A DNA stretch of 64,000 nucleotides, from positions 64,852,001-64,916,000 of the forward strand of contig OZ024743.1 in the NCBI GenBank assembly GCA_964016885.1, read 5' to 3'. This stretch comes from Eledone cirrhosa (lineage: Eukaryota). The translations under genes were made by a program, and so were the position numbers. Below the pieces are notes generated by a model. It searched no databases. It was not told the DNA's origin and saw only the letters and a list, made by a program, of their open reading frames with translations. Shown here in pieces: positions 53,799 through 64,000 of this stretch (within the stretch, counting starts at the first letter, position 1; every line of letters starts with the position of its first letter).

Positions 53799-56700
53799 AA
53801 TAATAATAATAATAATAATGTTTTCTTTATTAACCACAAAGGTTTACATAAAGTAGACATTAAGGACAGTACAGGACAATACAGGACGGTACAAATGGGC
53901 ATTTCTGCGTGTAAAAAAAAACAGAGGATGTAATAAAAATAACAATGAAAAATTCCCCAATAGGGGGGAGACTTCCGAGGGACATTTGTGGAGAAAGCCC
54001 ATTAAAAGACCACAGTGACCCTGACCACCAGGGCAAGTGCCCTCTCCTAGTTTTCCACCTTTAATTTACAGACACATACTCAGAGTAGGCCCATACTTGC
54101 TTCTCTCACCCATCTTTCAACAAAATGCTGGGAAGAGAGCACTTCCCTCTCTACCCTGATTTTCCTTTTCAAATGAAATTTGAAAAAGTTAATCAGGGCA
54201 TCACCGAAGAGGTAAGTTCTCGTCTTCAGCCCTTTCAAACGTGTCCACCATACTATCTCTTTCGCCATGGCCACCAGACAGATAAAAACTGCCTGCCCTT
54301 CCCGGCTAAAGGAAGAGGGCGGGGTAATCCTCATGATGGACTCAGCTGATAGCCGGATCCGTCCTACACGTGACAGCAGGTGTTCGACATAAACCCACAA
54401 GTCAGCAATGCTCGGACACTGGGCGAGTGCGTGCAGGACGGTTTCGTCGCCCTGCGCGCATCTCGGACATGCCCGGCTGACGGCACCTCCATGCCTGTAG
54501 AGTTTATCCCGAACTGGCAAAGCTCCTCAGTAGCACTGCCAGGCCAGGGATTTCTGGAAGTTGTCCATAGGCCCCGGCCCGAAAGTCCTTCCGAAGAGAT
54601 TGGCTAGTTGATTTTCGTCGACGCCTAGAGTTTCTCCAAGTACGTCGTCGCTCTTCCCCTCCACTAATCCCCTATAGAACACCAAGGTGGAGTTTCCACC
54701 GATCACATTGCCCGATTGGTCGAGGGCTGTGAGCGCCTGAAGACATTCCAGTCACCAACCGCTCCCTCTCGGTCTTTGCTTGACCCAGGACTGCAGCTCC
54801 GTCAAGGAGACGAGCTGGGGAAAGACGTGTCTAGCAAACGGCGACCACACCTGATCACTGTCGAAGAAGAGGTGGAGATGTCGTAGCCTGAGCGCGTGTC
54901 TGCGCATCATCAGCCACGGTATGCCCAGCCCACCACGTAGCGGGTGTTGACAGCAGATAGACCGCCTGACTATCGGAGCGCGTCCCTTCCACAAAAAGCG
55001 AATGAGCAAACGCTCCAGCGCAGTCAGGCGGGGCTTAGGACAAGGTACGACGGTCAGGCGGTAGTAGATGACGGACGCGATGTACGCGTTAGCCACCTCC
55101 GCTCGACCTTTCAGGGATAGCTTCCTCTCGGCTCATTTCTGGGTGAGAGAAGCCACCCTGCTCGTCACCTCGTCCCAGTTTTTATCCGTCTGGAGGTCCG
55201 GACCGAACCAGACCCCTAGCAATTTAACCGGTCCGTCCGTCCAGCGCCCGACGACGCTGTTGGACGGCATGGACCTGCCTCTCCAGGTGCCGAGCTGCAG
55301 GACCACTGACTTTTCCTGGTTGATCATTGCTCCTGTCACCGCTTCGTATTCTCTTAGTGTAGTGCTGAACGCCTCGATGTGTTTGGCGTTCGACACCACT
55401 ACGGTGACATCGTCCGCATATGCTGACACGGATCTTCCGCATCCTAGTTCGCGCGAGACCCCCTCAACGTCTCCAGTTTGTGCAGTAATGGTTCGAGAGT
55501 CAATACGTACAAGAGGGACGAGAGGGGACATCCTTGGCGGACCGAGAGCATGATGTTGAACGGTTCCGAAAGGTGACCGTTCACTCTCACCACAGAGCAG
55601 ATGTCGCTGTGCATGGCAGCGATCCAGCCTCTGAAGACGGGCCCAAATCCAGCCGCCCTCAGGACTGCCACTAGGTAACGATGGTCGACCCTATCGAAAG
55701 CTTTCGACTGATCTAAATTGATCAAGGACCCATTCGTGCCAGGTTCCCTATCTACCCTCTCTACGATGTATCGCATGAGGTGGAGGTTGTCGTGGATGGA
55801 TCTGTCGGGAATGGCGCACGTCTGCGCCTCTCCCACCAGACCACCAACGACCAGCGCCAACCTATTTGCTAGCACCTTGGCCAAAATCTTGAACTCTGTG
55901 TTTAGCAGAGTTATGGGCCTAAAATTGTCTATGTTATCTCCCTTGTTCGGATCCTTTCTCAGCAGCGCCACCGCTCCTCGGCTCACAGAGCTGGGAATTC
56001 TCCCGTTCTGTTGCCAGTTGCAGTAGACGTCCGTCAAGAGGCCCCCGAACAAGTCTGGCATTTGTACGTAAAGTTCATAGGGCAGACCATCCAAACCAGG
56101 CGATTTACCCCTTGTGCAGCCAGTCATTGCCTCCCGTACTTCAGCGGCTGTTATCGGCTTTTCGCAACACTCCGCCTCAGTGGCCGAGAGCCGCGGCAGT
56201 CCATCGAGGTAGACACTAAAGTCCATCCCTCGATCCGGCCCGCCACTGCCCCCGAACAGTTGAGCGAAGTGTCGCTGAAAAGCTTCACACATTTGCCCGG
56301 GATCGAGTACCATCCGCCCGTCGTGGTCCACCAAAGACCGGATCGTGGCTTTGTTGCCACGACGCGCCTCCGCCACTCGGGCCCATTGAACGGCTTTCGT
56401 CCCCTCGTGTCTGAGAGCACGCACCCTAGCTCTGACAACGCAGCCTTCGTGCTTTGCATTGAAGAATTGGTCAAGGGCCAATTTCCCCGCAAGTACGTCG
56501 GTCGCGATGCCTTTGCTAAGCGCCTCGTCTAATTTTCTAACTAATTCTCCCTCTGCTCTATTTTTCTCTATTGCTAAAGCCTTACTAAACCTAATGGACT
56601 CTATTCTAATTGCTCTTTTCAGAGCAAACCGCCACTTGTTGTTGACGATGGCCCCCGTCAACGCCCGCTTAACTAGTTCGCTAATCCGGTCTCTGTAGGC

Positions 56701-58023
56701 CTTGCGCGCTGGTAAGGACGCGTTTAGCTTCCAGTAGCCGGGTCCTCGTCTATGAAGCCTATCTAAGTCAAGCACACAGATCACGAATTTGTGGTCCGTG
56801 TAGCTGACTATCTTGAATTGTGGGATCTTCTCAATACTTTTTTGGTCCGCTTGGATCAGGAGCTCCATCCCTGATCCGGACCAGTTCTCCTGCTTTTCTT
56901 TCGCTATTTCGATTATCTTGGTGTTGGCTTCGATGCCGGCGAGGACGGCAACTATTAGCCAGGGAATTTCGATGGCCGGTGGAACGTGGGTCACTCTGAT
57001 CTTTATGAGTCTCTGGCCACAATAGCTTGGGACGAGTGTGAAGTCGTCACTTCTTAATGGGGCCATGGAGTGTTCTCTAGCCTCCTGTGGTGTTTCAAAG
57101 AACACGTCCACGGTTCCATATTTCTGCCCACGTCTGATGTGGGTTTTTTTATGCCCACACATGTCCCAAAGCTTTTTGGATTTGGGACGCGGATGCCCGT
57201 TTCACTCGGCGCGATTTTATATTAATTGTTCGATAAGACACGGTGCATAGGCGCCGATGCTCCATTTTATTAGGTGGGTGGTGAGGCTGACCATCTTTCT
57301 TTACCATTTTTTTTGGCTTCTTCTAATTCCTCATGAGTTACCTGAAATGTTTCGCACTGTTTTGCTACTCTGGCAAAACTCAGGGTGGTTTTCTTAATGT
57401 CATTGTTGCTGTTGTTGTTATCGTTATTTTTATTATTATTAATTTTAGTTTCAGTTGTGGTGGGGGTGGCGTCAGTGGTGTTCGGTGTGGAAGAGTTCAT
57501 TTTGGTTGAATTCACTTCGATATCTCCAGTTAATTTATTTTTTTCTTTTGTTTCTGTTGTCGCGGTGGTGGTGGGGGTGGGGGTGTCGCGGTGGTGGGGG
57601 GTGGGGGTTGTCGCGGTGGTGGTGGTGGTAGTGGCGGCTTTAACACCTGCAATCATTGGTAATGGCGGGAAATGAATGTCTGCTTGAGACAAATTTGAAA
57701 TATTGCTACTGCTTATATTTTTAGTGTTGGCAAACGTAGTAATATTTACAATGGTGGTGTCGGTGTGAGGTGTTAGTTTGTGAGGAAGGAGTGACTCTGA
57801 GTCATCCATGATTTTTCAAAGAAAATTTTTTGTTTGATAATTATAAAAGTTTAAATTTTGGGCTCAAGGCCCCAATCTTTTTGGGTGTCCTTTTCAGATA
57901 ACAATGTATGTGCACTTATATACAGTTAACAATAAGAATTTTCCATGAATGGCAATTTTAAACAACTGAAAATAACAAACCTTTGCGGAGCTCACGACGA
58001 TACGATTTACTACGTAGGTCGCC
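53799..58023 (-). mobile_element. Tx1/L1-group retrotransposon, copy B (diverged subfamily, internal deletion)
   Basis: 5' UTR starts right after an (ATT)16 tract; ORF1 N-terminal part is joined in frame to the end of the endonuclease and RT (55444-57162); AYADD and the C-terminal CCHC lie in shifted frames; (ATT)7 tail at 53799-53819. Confidence 0.9.
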
Positions 58024-58073
<50 letters not shown>

Positions 58074-59654
58074 TTTCTTTATTGGCCACAAGGGCTGACA
58101 TCAAGAAAAACATTACAGACGGCACAGGACGGTACGATGTGGGTTTTGTGCGTATAAATATTTTTATTATTTATATAAGAAAAGAAAAAAGGACATAGAA
58201 ACATATATATATATAAACAATAAAAATGAAAATTGAAACAATGAAAAATTCCCTAATAGGGAGGAAACCTCCGAGGGTTACTCGTGGCGAAAACCACACA
58301 AAAGACCACGGCCACCCTAACCACCAGGGCAAGCGCCCTCTCTCAATTTTTCCATTTCTCAAACTACAGACGTATATTCAGAGCAGTCCCGTTCACTCGG
58401 ACCATTCTCGCCACATTCACCCACTTTCAACAAACTTGCTAGAAGGCAGTACTTGGCTCTCCACCCTGATTTTCCTCTTCAAGTGAAACTTGAAAAAGTT
58501 AATTAGGGATTCGCCGAAGAGGAAAGTGTCTGTCTTTAACCCTTTCAACCTTGTCCACCACACAATCTCTTTCGCCATGGCCACCAGGCAGATGAAAACC
58601 GCCTGCCCTTCCTCCTCGAAGGAAGACGACGAGACCATCTGCACAATGGACTCAGTCGATAACCGGATCAGTCCTACACGCGACAGCAACTGTTCGACAA
58701 AGCTCCACAAGTCAGCAATGCTCGGGCACTGAACGAGTGCGTACACGACGGTTTCGTCGCTATGCGCGCATCTCGAACAGGCTCGGCTGACGACGCTTCC
58801 GTGCCTGTAGAGCTTATCTCGAACCGGCAGCGCTCCCCGGTAGCACTGCCAGGCCAGGGATTTTTGGAAGTTATCCATAGGCCCTGGGCTGAAAGTTCTC
58901 CGGAAGAGAGCAAACAGCTGATTTTCTTCGACGCCCAGGATCTCTCCGAGAACGTCGTCGCTCTTCCCCTCCACTAGTCTCTATAGAACGCCGAGGTGGA
59001 TGTTCCACCGATACTGGTGCCCAGCTGGCAGAGGGCAGTGAGCGCTTGGAGACATTCCAGTTTCCAAGCGCTATCCCTTGGTCTTTTTCTGACTCATGAC
59101 TGCAGCTCTATCAAGGAGACGAGCTGTGGGAAAACGTGCCTGGCGAACGGCGACCACACCTGTTCACCGTCAAGGAACCACCAGATATGTCGTAGCCTCA
59201 GCGCATGTTTGCGCATCATTAGCCATGGCATGCCCAGTCCTCCACGCAACGGGTGTTGACAGCAGATGGATCGTCTGACCGTGGAAGCGCGTCCCTTCCA
59301 CAAAAAGCGGAAGAGGAGGCGCTCCATTTTGGTGAGAGTTGGGCCGGAGCAAGGGACGACGGTGAGGCGGTAGCAGATGACGGATGCGATGTACGCATTC
59401 GCCACCTCCATCCGGCCTTTCAGGGACAGCTTCCTCTCGGCCCATTTCTGGGTGAGGGAGGCCACCTTGCTCGTCACCTCGTTCCAGTTTTTCTCCATTT
59501 GGAGGTCCGGTCCGTCCGTCCAACGCCCCACGACGCTCTCGGACGGCATGGACTTGCCTCTCCAGGTGCCGAGCTGCAAGCCCACCGACTTTTCCTGGTT
59601 TATCTTCGCTCCTGTCACCGCTTCGTATTCCTTGAGAGCGGTGCCGAGCATCTG
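58024..59654 (-). mobile_element. Tx1/L1-group retrotransposon, copy C (5'-truncated, same subfamily as copy A)
   Basis: 3' UTR and ORF2 C-terminus nearly identical to 46740-48335; truncated just downstream of the YADD motif; 30-bp deletion (PVKLLGVWFG missing); (ATT)16 tail. Confidence 0.9.
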
Positions 59655-59714
59655 GAAAAATAAATATAAAGACCAATGTCGGAGATAACACTAGACCACC
59701 ACCTTGTAATTTAT

Positions 59715-59810
59715 CCAACTAGACCTTCATTTATCCAACTAGACCGTCATTTATCCAACTAGACCGTTATTTATCCAACTAGACCTTCATTTATCCAATT
59801 GGACCTTCAT
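59715..59810 (+). repeat. 20-bp tandem repeat (~5 units)
   Basis: ATTTATCCAACTAGACCTTC units. Confidence 0.9.
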
Positions 59811-61109
59811 GAATATTCATCTACACCTTAATTAAAAGACCACACTGACCTACATACAGTCAATAAACACCTGTTTGATCTATTACCTTATAATATAGAC
59901 ACCCTAATAAAGTCCCAATATACAACACCAACTAAATAGCAGACAACTGTGTATGACTCCAATTACTCCAGTATATATTGTGCAACTCACTATTCTGTCA
60001 TAAAAAACTTCAACTATCTCTACACAATCAGTATGTTTGCATGTATGTATATATGTGTATATATATATATATGTGTGTGTGTATGTGCGTGCATGTGTAT
60101 GTGTGTGTATGCAGATATGTGTGTGTATATGTTTATACATTATCACACATATGTATGTACCTTATATTATACATGCATATACTAACTATGTAAAAACTAT
60201 CTAGTTATTATAAACTAAATTTAAAAAAATGTTTTTAACCCCCTCCACACAAGTTTAAAAGATAGCAATTATATAACCTAGAATATTTTATATTTTATAT
60301 ACTCTATATAGATTAATTTATAACACTACCACAATATTATAAAAACCCTTAGTTTATCAACAACCCCCTTTACAACTTCCTGTGTAAACTTATAAAATTA
60401 AGCAACCTAACGGTTTACCAACAGCTTAATAACGGTTAATACAAACCCTAGAAAGATAATTTGCAGATAAAAAATGCATAAGATATACCTCCAATAACAA
60501 CATGGACAGTAATTCGGAGGAATTTACATTTAACAAACAAACACCTATTGACTATAAACGACTTAAAATAATCCATGGTTAATAGCTGTGAGTAACAAAC
60601 AGCACATGCACAACAATACTAACTACAACACAAAAACACTTAAATGAAAATCACAAACCCGACTCTATCTAGCGCTTTACATTACACCTTACATAAAAAA
60701 TACCTACATTATCACCACATGCCTCTCTAACAAATTGCACACTATCTTAAACATTTATAACAAATACAACACGCTTTAACACCCCACACAAAATATGTTT
60801 ATTTCAACTGCATTATAACTCTTTCCTCATACATGCATTATTGACTGTATTGACTCCTGCATTGTACACCAATTTTCCTTGCTTATAACCTCTTTGCCTG
60901 TGTTTTTATTTGCCTGTGATTTTTTTGCTTGTGCTTTTTACTTTTACCTGTTACTCTTCCAACCAGTGCTGCCTGTAATTGTGTTATTTCAAGCGGAACA
61001 TCTTTTTAACTCCTGACTCTCCACATGATGCCTTTGACACTAATAACAATTATGTACCCTAAATGTTCTAAATGACTAGGATTCTAGTTACACGTTTTCG
61101 ACATTCCTT

Positions 61110-61158
61110 ATGCTCCGATGATTCCAAACTTCCCTCTGGAAGAAACAATTGTCAACTA
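61110..61158 (+). ncRNA. Degenerate hammerhead motif with palindromic stem III
   Basis: CCGATGA-TTCCA...TGGAA-GAAA-CAATTG-TC; core U4 is mutated to C; ACAATTGT palindrome. Confidence 0.45.
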
Positions 61159-61779
61159 ATAAATGTTCTAAACTAAAATTTGATCGTTTTAACACTTTGT
61201 ATTAAGCTCTGCATCCACCAAGGTGGGGTCGAGCCTTGGGAGATCTTCCTTGATGACATCCAGCCAGCTGATGTAATATAATGTCTATTATATCTATTAT
61301 GTTTAAAACATTAAAATTCGAAGAAATATTCGAGGAGATGGGGTCCGAAACTCCTCCCCTTTTTTACCCATACATGCGCACACACACGCACGCGTATATA
61401 TATATATATATATTCACATACACACACACATATATACATATATATATATATATATATAGTGAGAGAGAATTGGTGGTAAATCCCGACCGCGGCGCCAAGC
61501 GATTTCGGGTTGTGTGTTCAGAAAGCCGAAACTAAAGTAAAATAGCAACTGGTACGTGTCTTTTTATAGGTAGCATGACCCTCCCAAAATATAACACACA
61601 TACACATATGGAATTGGCTTGCCTCGAACATTTTTAGTGGTCAATACTAATAATCCCTGCTGTAGCGTGTTATTGAGTGTACAAGTTTTCTCCCTTTTTT
61701 CCTCGTCTTTCTGGCTGTTTTCTTGTAACTACTAATTATGTTTAGTACTTTAATTTCTGTTTAAGAAACGAACTGGTTT

Positions 61780-61999
61780 TGAGGAAACGAACGTGAAGAG
61801 CCAATTGGGTCGAGCGAAAATGATTACGCGTGTTAGAAAGAGAGGTGGAGAGCGAAAGAGTAAGAGAGCGAGAGAAAGAGAAAGAGTGGGGAGAGAAGGA
61901 AACGTGTGTATGAAAGAGTATCTGGTGAATGTGAGGAAATTGTGTGCAGAGGAATAAGAAAACTTGTTACAGGGAACGGTTGCATCATCTGCTGTAAGT
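61780..61999 (+). promoter_or_regulatory. Possible promoter / non-coding first exon of a neighbouring gene
   Basis: Locally CpG-retaining unique sequence, CCAAT at 61801, GA-rich tract and a GTAAGT donor at 61994; no coding support. Confidence 0.25.
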
Positions 62000-62177
62000 A
62001 ATCAAACGAAATATTGCCATTCTTTCTTTTTTTCTCTCTCTTTATTTGTTTAATGTGACACTGTAATACCCGAGAACATGCTTGGTCTTAATTTGGCTCT
62101 GCCAATCTTTGATCGATCGTGAAAGGTTATAGATGTATGTATGTGCCTCTGTAAGCGAAAAACATACACACCAATTG

Positions 62178-62220
<43 letters not shown>

Positions 62221-64000
62221 CTGTCTTTCGCTTACACAAGCACATACATAAATATTTATATATTTACACACACACACACATATTACACAAAGGCAGGGAG
62301 AGGACAGTTAGGGTGTATACGATACGTGTACCGAGAACGTATCGTCCTACAACACTTTCAGCTGTACATAGCGGCGTGTGGGTGGTGTTTATGTATATAA
62401 GTACTTATATTATATAAATAAACAAAACAAACGCATTTGAATTACATATAAATAGAGGTGAGAAGATGGAGAAAACGTATGTATTCCGTAATTAAGTAGC
62501 TTAGTTTAATGCGTTTGTGTAAATACTGGCATGACTTGCCTGAATGTATGTAAACTCAACTCGAGTTAGAGGGGAAAGTGTAAGAGAAAGGAAATTATAT
62601 GTGAAAGTTTAAGAAGGAAAAATCAAAGACGAATGCAAGATACAAAAGAACCGAGGTGAAAAGTAAATAGCAAAAGCACGCACAGGCAACCTTCAGTCAG
62701 TGATAAAGTGAATAATGATGATGATTTCTACTTCAGATACAAGACCGGTAATTTAGATAAGGGGAAAGTCGATTAAATTGAGCTCCAGTATTTAACTGGG
62801 ACTTATTTTATCAATCCTTAAAAATTGTGTATGATAATGATTTCTAGTATAGGCACAAGCCAGTAATTTGGCGGGGAGAGGAAAGTCGATTAAATCAACA
62901 TCAGTACTTAATTAGTACTTTATTTTATCGACCCAAGAAGGATGAAATGATTGTTGAACAAGATAGAACACCAAGTTGTGTACTTAGTTAAAGTACTTTC
63001 ACTGGTTGTATGCATAATTATTATATGTGAAAGGTAAATTTTATTTCATAATGTTAGCTATATTAAAAACAATATATTCACAAATAATATATACAATACT
63101 TAATGAATACTTCTTACAGAATGAAAATATAAACATAATATATATAATACTTAATACAGAATGAAAATATATAATGACATATAATAAATACAATTAATTG
63201 TATTTTAACTGCGATTGCTAATTGTGTATACATAGTTGGTTAACTTGAATCCGGTATAAAGAAAATTACGAGAAAACTTTAATACATGACTTAATTTAAT
63301 GTTTCTTTTGTTTCATAGAAGATTATTTGTCACAATTTATATAAAAGTGTAATGTCATTACATTGTGTACAAGACGGGAATTGTAAATTGAAATTAGATT
63401 TGTTTAATTTAACTATAATTAAATGAAATTTTTACCCAACCCAAATTGTGGTTTTTTTTCTTTTGACTCTATTTCTGTTCACTATTGGGAAACAAATCAA
63501 CTAATTTACCAGTATTCATTGTTTAGCTCCACGTCAGTCTTAAGCAGACATATGGTCAAATGTATTCCAGCCATGACCATCCTGTTTTTTTTTTTATTTA
63601 ACAAGGACAACATTGTCTAATGTGACCTTCCTGTTTTAAGACTATGGTAACATTTTGAGGGTAATTGGCTGTTAACAACTGGCCGAGCGATCTCAGAAGC
63701 CCCTTTCATGTTTGCCTCAAACATTATCCTTACGGGGTCAATAAAATTAAGTACCAGAAATGTACTGAATAATTGCTGGCCTTGTGCCAAAAGTAGAAAC
63801 AATTATTAGAAAGAAACTCTGGCGCCACTTGTGGTTGAATGTGAAGGTCTTTTACCCACTTTGTTTTTCTTTTTATTATCCCTCACTTTTTTCTCTTCAT
63901 TTGTCATCCCCCTTTCTTTTAAATTTTTAACATCAAGTTTAAAATATACGTGTGTTGGGTGAGTAAGAACATAACTTTCGTATTCCCTGCAATGCAAGGT

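Larger units (their letters stand above)
59700..61200 (+). mobile_element. Possible highly degraded Penelope-like remnant
   Basis: 20-bp tandem repeat, weak GIY-YIG-like peptide (SSIYCAT...NY), and a terminal hammerhead-like motif followed by AATAAA that resembles 46009-46030. Confidence 0.3.

Noticed and set aside
57960-58023. Possible HDV-like ribozyme at Tx1 5' ends
   Set aside because: Could not build the nested double pseudoknot by eye, and copies A and B share no 5' motif.
63806-63997. Lys-rich 63-aa ORF at the window edge
   Set aside because: Low complexity, ends in a SINE tail, no homology recognised.

Overview
Repeat-rich animal genomic DNA, most likely an octopod cephalopod (inferred from the huge (TA)n tracts and octopus-type tRNA-SINEs). 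One host gene is supported: a 5-coding-exon PGAP2/Frag1-family membrane protein on the minus strand (CDS 40204->7808, 813 nt, 270 aa, all GT-AG introns with compatible phases). The rest is transposon-derived: RTE and CR1-type LINE fragments, two SINE classes, small TIR MITEs, Penelope-like remnants with minimal hammerhead-ribozyme motifs and hairpins, and mini/microsatellites. The most notable structure is a ~13-kb head-to-tail stack at 46.5-59.7 kb: a Nin-domain-like SINE and three Tx1/L1-group retrotransposons, all minus strand and joined through (ATT)n tails, beside the end of a Penelope ORF, with an LTR remnant nested in one ORF1. The SINE and the Tx1 elements share a 3' tail containing a covarying stem-loop (loop YUUGU), which suggests a (ATT)n-associated Tx1 LINE/SINE partnership with stringent 3'-end recognition. 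Family names come from motif recognition by eye; no database search was run.
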